Shown: positions 1 to 12,578 of the stretch, one piece after another
Position numbering within the stretch: the first letter of the stretch is position 1
Layout of the letters: each line of letters begins with the position of its first letter
Origin: Phoronis australis
Taxonomy: Eukaryota; Animalia; Phoronida
Length of the DNA stretch: 64,000 nt
Direction: 5' to 3'
Assembly: GCA_002633005.1 (NCBI GenBank)
Contig: NMRA01000307.1
Coordinates: 396,208 to 460,207, forward strand
Translations under genes and position numbers: made by a program
Notes under the pieces: generated by a model
What the model was told of the DNA's origin: nothing
Databases searched by the model: none
Seen by the model: only the letters and a program-made list of their open reading frames with translations

Positions 1-523
1 AGGTGGTGAAAAGTATGCAACTACAGTAGACACCAAAAGTATTCAGACAAAATGAGTCGTAATTCCGTTATGACGGCTAGGTGGAAGTCAATTGTTTTGT
101 CAATATAGCCTTCCCTCATGACGGAGAATGAAAGGGAAGTTATTTGGCTAAATCATTCAGTAATTAGACTTGTGTCACCCTAATGATAATTGCCAGTGTA
201 TTTAGCTGTTAACAGAATTAGCCTTCATGATGAGGACAACTGTGATTAGTTGTGTCTTGTTCTGTATGTGAGTGGAGTTGTTTCATAACTGGTACCTAGT
301 AGCATTTCATTGAAGGCATGTTTAATTTTATGATAATGTTTGGAACCCACTTACTTATGTTTGCGGCTGCAATTAGTTAATGACATGTGTTACTTGTGCA
401 GTATGTGTGTACTAACCCAATATACTTACACTTGTTCTGGTTGTTGACTTCCATGTTCTTCATATTGAAAAACAGCAGGCCCCATTTTCCCACTAACGCA
501 CACTGTATATTTCCATCCATTAG

Positions 524-3500
524 AGAATGTCCCTAATGCAAAGTTACCTCCCAAGTTGCGTCTGGGTAGTGACGATGTGGACGTGAGGAGTCGACTGGGC
601 AACAGAGGGAGCAGTGTTCAGCAGCGTCTTGGTAAGACAGGGCAGCAGTCGTCAGTCCAACTGAGGCTCGGTGTTACAGCCAGTCACAGGCTTAGTCAGA
701 ATGAAGAAGCACCTGTGCCTGAGAATGACAATGGAGTCCCCTCTGGTCGTTTGGCTCAACGAAAAAGTATGTTCTTTTGGTGTAACATTGGATTTTTAAA
801 AAAGCTTGATCCACACAACTAGTGTTCTGCTTCATAGCTTTCTGAAAAACTTTAAAGCAATTTTCATACCAAATGAGACGATAGACATAAATAGTTCCCA
901 TACTTTTCTGCTTGAATTATTTATTGTTAAAACCTGATGTAGACAAAGAGAAAGGTAATGATTTGTGCGTTTGTGGGTTTTATTTTTGAAGTTGTTGAAG
1001 TTGTACAAGGTTAAGCTCAGACAGTCCTGTTGTACAAGGTTGAGCACTGTCAGTCCTGTTATACATGGTTAAGCGCAGACAGTCCTGCTGTACAAGGTTA
1101 AGCACAGACAGTCCTGTTGTACAAGGTTAAGCACAGCCAGTCCTGTTGTGCAATGATATGCACAGTCATTCCTGTTGTACATGGTTAAGCACAGACAGTC
1201 CTGTTGTACAAGGTTAAGCACAGTCAGTCCTGTTGTACATGGTTAAGCACAGACAGTCCTGTTGTACAAGGTTAAGCACAGACAGTCCTGTTGTACAAGG
1301 TTAAGCACAGACAGTCCTGTTGTACAAGGTTAAGCACAGATAGTCCTGTTGTACAAGGTTAAGCACAGACAGTCCTGTGGTACAAGGTTAAACACAGTCA
1401 GTCCTGTTGTACATGGCTGCCATGATGGAATCCTATTATCAAATAATGCTGTCAGTTACATTAGTTTCTGATTTGCTGTATTCAAAAGCTGTGCGTCATA
1501 TTTGCCACCACTGTGTGCCTGTGGGTATCTTACCTCAGACCATGTGTGCGATCTTTAATAAAGGAAGCCCCACTGGAGATACATGTGCTCTATTTCATCT
1601 GTGGTAAGCCCTTCAGGAGAAGGGAATAGGGTCTTATATGCTGAAGCTTATGACATTCTGAAATTTTATTTCATGTTTCAGCCAGTTCCAATATTGGAAA
1701 TAAAGATTCCAGTGGACCAATTCATATCAAGAGTCTGGATGAAATACGCCGGGAAAAAGCATTGAGAACAAAGGGTCAGTCAACAGGTATTCTTTCAGAT
1801 TAGTAGGTTAATCTTAATTGCCATAACTCAATTTTTGATAGCAATGTTACCTTTGATTACCAGAATTTACACAAGTCTTGACTTGAAAATTACATTATTG
1901 GTCAGTTTTTAGTAGTCTCGATGAAAATTTCCGTCTCTTACTATTATTTTAAATTGTTTGATTTAAAAGGGAACCTAACCATATGATTGTTGATGGTATT
2001 TGTATTAAAAAATCAGATCTGTGGTTATTTTGGAGATAGAATGTTTGTTAACATTCCCCTGGTGGGTATTTATATATTTTCTTTATTGAAATAAAATCCA
2101 TATGGCCATAGGCAAAAAGTATAACATACACAAGATAGTACATTATCAAGTGCGTTTCAGACTGGATAGTAAATTGTGACGCTTGGTGGAAGAATTTTGG
2201 TAGCAAGGTATCCGGAGTTCTCATGAGAGATTCAAGTTAGATGTTGTAGGAGAATGAATTGTGTGTTATCACTGTCACTTTGTTATGCCCTTAAGTGAGG
2301 CTCTTGAACTGCATTGCTCATTTGTACAAAGACGTGTCAGCCTACACTGGAATGGAACCTGTGATGAACTAGTGTCTGATCTGGGAGAAGTTGAAAGACT
2401 TACTTCTGCGCATGCGGCAAAAACCTGGGTTAGCAAACAGTCCAATGAGCCTGATGATTTGTGACTTATCAGTGAGGGACCTATTTTTTAGTTGATGTGA
2501 AAATGCTTCCTTTTCCAGTGAAGCCTGAAAAACTAACGATGGAAACAAGAGAAAGTGCCACCCCTGTCCGAAGACCAGCCAAGAGAACATTAGAGGTTTA
2601 TAAACCGCCAGCTAAAGGGAAAACTCGTGGTAAAGTTACTTAAAGCTTGATGCAAAATTTCTGAAACTCACTTGAATTTTTGCCCCGGCATTAAGTTGAG
2701 TGAGTTCTTGAAGATTATAGATTTATAATATATATTTGTCAAGTAATTCAGGTCACCTGAATGAATTATGTTGCCCACCATCTCAGTAGTTACTTAAAGC
2801 TTTATCAATAACAGGAGTCTTGACCCTCAGTTTTCTCCACTGAATAGCAGTCATCAAACTGGTTCTCGTAATTTATGACCCCTGTAAGTGACTATTGCCC
2901 TTTAATGCTTTTATAATTTGGTTGTGACCAGTTGCTGTTATACAATCGCTCAATTGTTTGGTACTCTGACGTGAAGTGATTTCAGGTATGGGTTTTTTGG
3001 ATGTAAGAAACTGACAAAAACATACCAAAATCACACGAGCGAAAGGTGCTTTTTTGTGATTATTCACAGAACCTTTCTAGCGTTTCCTAGCAAAATGCAG
3101 CCACCAAAGGGCTTGTTGAGTGAGGGTGGAATATTGAATTACTTGATTTCTCAACGCAAGTTTCAGGCCATTGTCTTGCATCTGCAGAACACAGACCTGG
3201 CCTTAAGAAGAGCTGAAAGTTTTAGTTGTACTTGAGTTGAGACTGACCAAGCTTGTAGCGCTTAGTGTTAATTTTGCTCTATCTCTCCTTTCTCGGCCAG
3301 TCTCTTCAGAACCTATCAGTCAAGTTCCTAGTAAAAAGTCAAAGATACAGACACAAGTGAGTATGACTCATATGTTTTGTTCCTTCTAAAAAGTCAAAGA
3401 TATAGACACAAGTGAGTATGACTCACATGTTGCATACTTTGAACTGTTGTGCCGACAAGTTCATCAGATATTCTTTCATTGCTATCTTCCATATTGACTT

Positions 3501-6500
3501 CTTTATAATTGTTTGAAAAGTAATTTGAGGTTACAATGGGTGTTTGGGTAATATTACTATTATCTTGGCACATACGTTTTTGTTCGTCATAAAAAATCGG
3601 GTTGTAGAATTTAACAATTGAACAGTTTTTGTTTCTATGGTTTTACTGTGGTCAGAGTGGAGGTCGGAGGAGATGTTTTTGACTTGATAAATCCTTTTTA
3701 GTATCTTACTTTGAATGAGCCTGCCGATGTGATTTTTTGAACCTTCTAATTGTTGGTGCCACCAACTTCAGTTTGAAAAACATCACACTCTTCTTTAAAC
3801 TTTGTAAAGTTATATTTTGTTTTGCTATTGAACTTACCTTTTGAAATGAAAGGGTATGATGCTTTTCATCAACTGATAGAATTCTCAAGTGTTTAACTGT
3901 TGTATGTCTTTCAAACTATTTCGTTTTTGGTAGGATGCTAAAGAAATCCATGTGAAGAGCTTAGAGGAAATTCGTCTTGAAAAGCAAGCACGAATGAAAA
4001 AGGCTGCTTTGCAAGAAAATCAGGAACCGTTGAGTAACAGTGACAAACAAAAGGGTGACTTCTGTGTCATGGACGGAACAGATTCTCAGGGAAAGAAAAA
4101 CTTATTAACTAACCCAAAGGACATTCATGTAAAGACTCTAGATGAAATTAGGCTAGAGAAACAGCAGGTGTGTAAAAACGAAATTCGCATAAAGACTCTA
4201 GAAGAAATTCGCCGGGAGAAACAGCTGAGAAAAGCTGCTGTGAAACCAAGCAAAAGAGAAGAAAAAGGTTTGCCGTCGATTCACATTAAAACATTTGAAG
4301 AGATTCAAAAACAGAAACAGACAAAAGATAGAAGTGGTGTTGCAGCAGTGCTGTCGAGTCCTAGTGTTGGCAGTGTGTCAACAGATGTCGCTACTAAAGC
4401 ACCATCTGTACTCAACTCCAGGGGAACTGGTGACGAAGCGCACGCAGCTGAGTCAAATAATGGTAGGTTGTGTTCATGATGTCTGGTCAAGAGAATCTTG
4501 AGATTGATTTGATGTGTCCTGCCTTAATTTTGTCTTTATGGATAGAAATGTGGAATGATACAGAGGTTCAACGTTAAGTCCGTGTCATTTTGTTAAGTGA
4601 ATCACTTTTGTTGAAAACTCGTTTTTTATACTCGTGGCCCAACTTCTTTGTTCTTAGTTATACTCTCATTTGCCAGTGTACTAGTGAATAAACGGATTTG
4701 GTTTTCTTGAAATTGCCCCTCCATAGTTTAGGTGGTTTGTTGTTTAACCAACGAATATGGTCTCTGATGAGGGAAGGAGGTGTTTGCTAACACAAGACAC
4801 ACCATATGGTCCATAAAGATCAACCATTACAGGTCCCTCATTCACCTAAGGAGAATGGTGCCTGTGCCTTCTGAAAGGGGAATTTTCCGTGCGAGGTGAA
4901 AACTCTTGCCAATCCCCACCCCCTCTTCACCGCCAATGCGACTATCCATCCTCCCCCTCCCTATCGCCATTCCTCATGGGCTTTGCCCCAACTAGCCAAA
5001 ACGAACATTTTGTGCCATCTCAAATTGTCCCCTGTGCTCATTGCAGATAACTTAACGTCGATCGGATTTTTTAATACTTGCTTTTGGGCAATTTTGTGAA
5101 AAGGTCAACTTTGAGACAACCAATTGTGGCTATACTAACATTTTCGGTCCCATCTAAAAGCCCAATCTTTTTAGTTCAGGATTTATATTTGATTGTCCTA
5201 TAACTTTCAATTTTTTGCCTTAATGGACCCATTTTTGGGGTCTCATGACCCTTAAAAATTAACTTGAGTTTCGTGTGTGTTGCTAATTATTGTCATAAAT
5301 AAGCAAATTATGGGTATTTCACTACACTATCAAATTTGCGCAATCACATGATAGCCAAACTTAATAAAAAATAACGTTTCTACTTTGGCGCATTATCGAC
5401 CTCTTGGGGCCAAAGGTTATCTCTTGGATATCATACTGTTGTACTTCCGTCACACAAAAGTGTTAAAAAGTTTAGCTATGTTAAATTTTTTATCAAAATT
5501 AAAATAATTCCAGGTTCTCTTTTTTAACTTTTTGCTCAATACTATTGACCAAAATTTTAGGTCCCAGGTATTTTTCGTTAAGTCAAAAATTGTGTGACAG
5601 ACGTACGGCACACCCAAGAACCTTAAAATGATTAAACATTAAAGGCAGTTTTAAAATTAAGTGTGTTGTAGTTGCTACAGACTTTTAAAATTTCAAAAGT
5701 ATTTCCAGAAAAGTTAAAGCTTACAATGTCATCTAGTTATTCTTAGTAGAATTCAACTTATTAAAATCAGACAGTTAGACCACATTATCAAATGTAAGTA
5801 AAACAAAATGTTAATTTAATGAACTTATTGTTTTTCTGTTGGGGACCTGTGTTTGTAAAGAAATGCTTAGCGTTTGGAAAATTCAAGATGCAAAAATATT
5901 CATACAAACGAATTCCTTAGGTGCTCTAGATTATAAATAACAAGAGACCTAAAGAAATGCATGTCAAGTTGCTACTGTGCTGGAATCAACGTGTTATTTC
6001 TGCTCTGACCTGCTATGTTGTGTTTTGTGCTGAAAAAGCTGATACTGGGCATTTTTAAGCGCTAGCAACCTGTCACCTACTTTATTAAGCATTTTTGTCA
6101 CACACTCACTGACTATAGTCACTCTTTGTGTTTTTCAGTGTCTTGGGTCATTGGGGGCTTGTATGAAATGATTTCATAGCAAATGATTACGTGGTCTCAT
6201 CTTTCATACTTTTGATCCTGTAATCTTTTTAAGAATTAAGATTAATTTTTTTCTGCTGAGCTTCTAGGAGATTAAACTGGCGTTTAGAAATGACAGAGGA
6301 AATTGTAGGAGACCATGGGAAGAACAGATGCAACTGGGAGAAGAATAAATATCTGCCAGAATATTCTCTGAAACTCAAAAAAAATGCCATCTTGGATCAA
6401 GAAATTCATAATTGTACTTGTGCGTTCTGTGATGTGACATTATTTAACGCCTGTCTGTAAATTTGAAAAGAAGGCGTGAGTTAAAGTGCTGGATGAAAAG

Positions 6501-9500
6501 TTAATCAATGACATGCCAATCACTAAACAGAGACCAGTATCTGATAAGTTAGCTCTACATATTCCTAAATCATAATCCTAAATGCAATTAATTTAAAATG
6601 TCTGGTTTTCACACTGGAGGACATCACAGGTACCGGTAATTTGAATCAAAATGTGAATGCCAAAAGTCAATGCTGTCAACTAAACCATGATTCACACTTT
6701 TGTTTTAAGAAGATACTGAAGTCCTGTAACTAATACTTTTAAAAACATCACCTTTTACTTAGGGCTGTTCCAGTAAAATCTGTATGGGAGGGGGAAGGCA
6801 CTTTTTTGCACCCACCACCTGTAATTTTTTGTAGGTTTGAAATGCAACCACCCATATTTTTTTTGTTTTTCTTTTGGCTGACTGCACTGGCGCTTGAGTT
6901 TATCTGTTCCTTGATCACCACTGACGTCATTCATTACTAAGAAAACATATGTTTCTTATATGTGGTTATTAGCATCGAGAAATTCGAGCGCCTGTGGTTG
7001 ACTGGTGTTATGGGCATGCCGATGGGGAGATCGGAGGGAGTGAAAAGTCGGAGCTTTTTGCAAGTTATGTTTTTGTTTTAGTTGTTGATTCTGTGCCGAT
7101 TGTTTATAAAACTTACTGAAATTAACCACCATCAAACATTTATGGCACAATGAAACAACAACGACCTGTAAATGTTTATTTTTTTGAAGTACGACCACCA
7201 GCCATTTTGAATTTCAATCAAACACAACCACCCATAATTTTTTGTTTCAATTGCCTCCCCCCCCTTCCCCCCACACAGAGTTTACTGGAACAGCTCTTAC
7301 ATGGGCATATATCAGAATCTTCAGCAACGTGACCCACTTTGTTTAAGGTTAGGGCGAGCTCTAATTTAAAGAACATTAAAATGTGTTTTTATGACAGGGA
7401 TTAGTAATGTTTTAAACTTTATTTCACATTTTATATTTTGACAGTCACATTTACTTATTAGTTTTGAATTAGTATTCTATTTGACGCATAAAAACAGTTT
7501 TCCAGATAACTAACAACTGTCAAATACAAAATGATTATCACTCTCATTCCCATCTGTATTGCTAACCATCTTCAGAGGGAAGTGAAGATTTTAGCGGGTT
7601 ATTTTATATCTTTAATCAGAAGTATTGAAAAGTTAAAATCCATACTTTCCCAGCCTAGACCTACCAGTCATGATTTCGTGCAAAAGGTCAATCGGTACAT
7701 TTTGATTAAAAAACTTTGAATCACTAGCAAAAGACCAAATGAATATAGCTTAAATACTGCAAAAGTATGAATTATTGTGAATTGATATCTTAGTCACAAC
7801 AGACATTTTGATACTAGACATTCAAAGGGTCTGTCCATCACGTACGTCCGTCACACGCACTCAACTAACATCGAGCTGTCTTACAAAAGTTTCTTAGGAG
7901 AAATCTTTAAAAATTTTATTGTTTTGTACTTTTTAAACATTGAACTAAATCATCATATAAGACAAATATTGTAACCAAATGAAACTCACAGAAAGTTAAC
8001 GTTAAAAATTTTTTTTTTCAAAATTTCAAATTCTCTGCGAACGTACAACACACCCCTTTTTAAGGCAATTTTCTCAGTCACATAAAAGGATAGCTTTGAA
8101 AGCCTTCCTAGCGTGAACATTTTTTCACAAGTGATCAAAATGTTCTCTGATTGTATGTCCGTCACAAATGGAATTGCCCTTTTATTACTTGATCGCAATT
8201 TTTGTGGCTTGATGAAGTGAATTTCACGCTGTATGTAAATATTTTCTGAGGGATTGTGGCTGATATTTGACCTCAATATCGAAGCATCGAGGGCTCTGTA
8301 ATTTATGCAGTTAATGTGTTCATGTTTTAAGCACAGTCGGGTAAATATGTATTCAATTGAGTTTTGTGTTATACAGGTGGGGTGCCAGTCTCATCTCCGG
8401 TTATTACAAACAAAAGGCGGTTAAAACTTAAGAAGCCAGCTAATGCCGAGGTGGAGGTGACTGATCCAGAGGTGACCATGGGAGACAACTCTGAACAGAG
8501 CCTGGCGCCTTCTGTGACATCTCCAACTAGTTCATCCAAAAGGCATTTAGAATCAAGGTATTAAACGTTGCTCATTCATTTCTTTGCTGTTTTTTTGCAA
8601 ATAAGGTTGGTCCACTACAAGTTGAGTTTATACCTTTTAATCGTACTAACTCTCTTTGTTAGGTGAAGTCCATCTGTCTGTGCTGTTATTATGTATAATT
8701 AGGAACATTAACTTGGCATATTAATGAACCAAAACATCGGTTTACAAAGAAGGCATGACATTGCATGGGGTTTTCAAGGATGAATAATTTTATGGTGCAG
8801 GACAAGCCAAAAGCATTCAGACAAAATGATCAGGAATTCCCTGTCATAACGGGTGGGATGAAGCCCAGTTCATCAGGATGGTCTCCCCTGATGACCGTCG
8901 GAGTAGTCTCTCCTTATGACCAGGAATGAAGGGAATTAACAGGACAGTTAGTAAGATGACAAAGCCATCCTGTTACTTTAATTTTGCCACCCTTAATAGT
9001 TGTTAACTGTAACTTTTGGTCTTAAAAGAATTCATCATGAAGGGAAAACAGTATTTTGTTTAATTGCTTTTGCCTTGTACAGTAATTGTATTTTCATTTT
9101 AAACTTTCTCAAGTTCTGACACGGCAGGTACATTGCTAATGTTGAGTTTAATATTTTTGTGATGAACAGAATATTTTCAGTTTGCCTATTAGATATACCG
9201 TATTCGTCCTAATAAGTGCCTATGCCCCTATAAGCGCCCTCCCACGCGTTTTCAGACTTTGCTAAACGCCGTGCTCATCCGAAAAATGCCTTACCTTCAA
9301 TTCTAAAATTTTACAGTAATGTCTTCAATTTATCAATAAGATCCGACAGTCCTGAAAAAACCATTGTGCATGGAATTTGTAGACCACTAGCCTCACCGCT
9401 ATGTCGGTATTTAGCTGTGACTATACACTTCAAACTTTTGCCGTGCTTCAAAAAGAACGCAAGTTTTGTTGATCTTGCGAGGGACGTGTTCCATTATGGT

Positions 9501-10926
9501 CTGGCCTTTCAGAAGACGCAGCATGCTTGTCAAAGGGATTGTATTGTATATTTCCCGCACAGATCTCTCTCAAGAATATGTCATCGAAGATTAGTCTTCG
9601 GAAACTATTTATTCATGAAACAGGTAGCATAGCATCGGCAAGAAATAAATACTGGCACTTATTTCCAAAAGTTTCTAATACCGTAAAAAATATTTGACTT
9701 TGTGTTATTTTTAAGGTGGAATTATTAAATTAGTCATAATTGGTGTTTTTGAAGTCAAAATGACCCACTGATAGTGAACACTTCCGCACCCTTACACCCC
9801 CTGAATTTCCCGAAAAATAAGTGTTGGTCTGTCACGTATCCAGTTACCCGGCAACTCAATGACATCGGCCTTACCGAAACGATCCTTGAACGTTTTTAAC
9901 AGATGAGATCAACAAGTGCTAAATAAAACACGTTCTGCTTTACTGCTTGTGTTAATTTCCTTAGTTACAATGCAAACCTAGATCTTTACATCGCGTTTAC
10001 TCTTGCAAATGAAGTCTGATGACACGCACGCGCTCGCTTATTCTTATAATACGCAGACAAACTTCAAAACAAACATAATGTGACAACAACGTGTGTTCAT
10101 CCAGATTTTTCTCATGTTGTGGAGTACGATCTAGTGCAGCTAATCCTGACTCCACAGGAACTTAAAAATCTTAGAGACTCTACTTTGAAACCTTAAGTAG
10201 GACTTCAGGTAATTTGTTGAGTCGAAACTATATTTTTACTAAAGAATTCAAGTTGACCTATCGGCGATTGTGAGGCTGCGACGCATCAGTCGGCAAGTTT
10301 TTGCACTGGGATTTTCTGAAAAATGTTCGTAATTTAACAACAAAGTTTGATAGAAATGCACTGCAATTTTGTAGAAACTCTGTCATAGGTTACAGATGCG
10401 TCAAAGTGTAAATTTGATGAATTCTCGCTTACGATTTCACCTGTTTCGGAGACTAGGTTTCAACTACTTTTGGGCTATAAGCGCCCCCTTCTCGAAACGA
10501 ATTATTCTAAGTGTCCTGGGCTCTTATTAGAACGAATATGGTATTGCTCACAATCACTCTTATTCTTCTATTAGTAGTTGTTTTACTATGAAATCAGTAT
10601 TCATTGGAAATAGGGCTATGGATTATTCATTAAGCTTCAACGCCATTTCTTACTCAGAAGTGATTACTGTGAAAGGCAAGGTAATTCAAGCTTGGAATCA
10701 AATACACTGGCCAAGCATGTAGTGCATCTTGGGGAGTCCTTTGCATTATCCGTGTCATTCTTCCTTGAACTTTGGTGTTCATTTTTTATTTCATTGTTTC
10801 AGGATTAGTAAAGAGGATAGCTTATTAGAAGATGACATCGACATTCTGCTGGGTGATAATGATGACGATCATGAGCCGAAGAACGATGATGACTTATTAC
10901 AGGAGTTAGAAGATATGTTAACCTAG
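524..10926 (+). CDS. ZC3H11A: ZC3H11A-like zinc finger CCCH protein, 3' part only (N-terminal CCCH fingers lie upstream of the window); 7 exons
   Basis: Exons 524-766, 1682-1786, 2519-2629, 3301-3356, 3934-4462, 8377-8557, 10803-10926 have AG/GT ends and join in one frame. Five I-x-[IV]-K-[ST]-[LF]-[DE]-E-I helices and the C-terminus DDDLLQELEDMLT* resemble vertebrate ZC3H11A (recalled C-terminus EDDLLLELSEMIDS). Confidence 0.85.
1000..1416. repeat. Minisatellite, 29-bp unit GTTGTACAAGGTTAAGCACAGACAGTCCT, ~14 copies
   Basis: Direct tandem copies in a ZC3H11A intron. Confidence 0.95.
6762..7296. mobile_element. PIF/Harbinger-like MITE
   Basis: TTA|GGGCTGTTCCAGTAAAATCTGTATGGG ... CCCACACAGAGTTTACTGGAACAGCTC|TTA: ~27-bp TIR and 3-bp TTA TSD. 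Confidence 0.8.
8806..8940. repeat. Dispersed repeat fragment, also at ~33-142
   Basis: CCAAAAG.ATTCAGACAAAATGA..AATTCC and ATGAC..GAATGAAGGGAA shared between the two sites. Confidence 0.55.
9198..10541. mobile_element. Non-autonomous TIR DNA transposon (pogo/Tc2-like CCGTA ends, TA flanks) with decayed HIRAN-like ORF on the minus strand; complete copy
   Basis: TA|CCGTATTCGTCCTAATAAGTGCC ... GGGCTCTTATTAGAACGAATATGG|TA; subterminal TATAAGCGCCC near both ends; collinear with 25863-27287. Confidence 0.85.
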
Positions 10927-11305
10927 CTGTTAACTCTCACATTGTCCGTTGGAATTTGTTGGAACATTCACAACATTCGTTAGCCGTTCAATTTTTATAC
11001 GATAACTGACAAGTTGTTTTGTGCTACTCCTGTTGATGTCCATGTTTTGAAGTATCTGAACTTATGAATCATGATCAAATGGTTTTGACGTCTTGTTCTA
11101 ATGCCAACCACTTATTATATGTGTTCATTGTTTTCCCCACTGAATACTATTGTTAATGAAATACATTGGATGTTGTACTTGGTCTTGTTAAAGTTTGTCT
11201 TTTAATCAACAACATGAACAATGATGTCCATATGGTGTTTTGATTGATGCCATTGCATCATCACTTACGGCAGATTCAATTTCAGACCTATGCATTGCTG
11301 AAATT

Positions 11306-11660
11306 TAGGAGTGGGACGATACACATTTTTAGGAATTCGATTTAATTTTTAAGGAGGAATTTGATTTTTTCAATGTCAAATCGATTGATCTATTCAAATG
11401 TAAGTAAGTAACCTACCTCACTTACCAATTTTTTCAAAACATGTTAAATATGAAAATATTCCAACTTATGACTGATCCCAAGGTGTATATTTATTCAATA
11501 TCTCAATTATAATACTCTTCAAAAGATACTGATAAGTCATTAATTTGTAAGGCACCTGGAGGCAGAAATTAGATGTATGAATTGAATGGAAATAGGCCTT
11601 GGTTGTCGATATTGAAATTGGTCGCTCTCACATCACAATTTGATTTATCGCTGTACCCTT
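11306..11660. mobile_element. hAT-like MITE downstream of the ZC3H11A stop
   Basis: TAGGAGTGGGACGATA ... TATCGCTGTACCCTT ends; flanks CTGAAATT / CTCAAAAT (6/8 match, degenerate TSD); internal CGAT repeats. Confidence 0.55.
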
Positions 11661-12578
11661 CTCAAAATAATTGCATTTGACTTGTGATTTTTGTATGGGT
11701 TGTTGGAGGAGTTCATACTTGTACCAAATGTTGACGACATCTGCACAACAGTGAAGAAAACTGCTGAATATTTCTGATTCTGCTACATTGTGTTCTCAGT
11801 TGACTCCAGCATATTTGTGCCTTTACACTAAGTGTGAAGTGCATATTAATTGTCTTCCTAATGGGCATTACTTGGAATCTTTTGTACTTCTAGTATTCCA
11901 CAAGTATTATACAATTAGAAGAAATTAGTATTGTAAGAAAGACTTGCTCAAGGTCTATCAATAGGGATAGGAAACATTTTTCTAAAGTGAGGATTAAGGC
12001 ACTTTCTTCAATTTAGGACTCCCTAAGATGAACAGGTGGAAAACTGTCAATTTTATTTTATTGCAAAAACAAAAAGTTAGTAAATTTCATATCTCTAATA
12101 GCGGCCTGGTTTGTGCTGTTTAGCCATCGAGGATTTCAACAATGTGATTGGCCTTTGAAAAAAGAAATTTAGCAACTTATGTTCCATGTCCGTCATTAAG
12201 ATTTGGTTTATTTTGAATTTTTATTATGTTTTACCAAGTGAACCATGGAATCTGACTGTAGTACAGGTAATGTATAAAATAACAAGTGTGAAGTATTTTT
12301 TCAAAATATTTGTTCAAAAATGTTCAATATTTGCACATACAACATAGAAATAAGCCAGACCAGTAGCGAATATTTGTAACCATTGAAACAGTCACTCTCG
12401 CCTAAAAGGCTACTTCTATTCTCCACTTGCCAAGAGCAAATATCAACATCACGCTGTCTGTTTACAGCATGTTTAGCACCAAGGTAATATGGTCTTGTCA
12501 CCATAACGACGTACAGCTGGCAAGAATATATGGAAATACCATCTCACACTGCCACGCTGCATCTGTAGTTCACTATCC

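Noticed and set aside
1000-1416. 29-bp repeats superficially like a CRISPR array (also 38363-38686 and 51431-51817)
   Set aside because: Units are head-to-tail with no unique spacers, there are no cas genes, and the context is a eukaryotic intron.
2451-2510. CTGATGA...GAAA as a hammerhead ribozyme core
   Set aside because: No stem II directly joins CTGATGA to GAAA, and no stem III/cleavage triplet could be formed.
524-10926. ZBED6-like domesticated transposase nested in ZC3H11A as in placental mammals
   Set aside because: No long intronic ORF in the visible introns; the 5' introns are outside the window.
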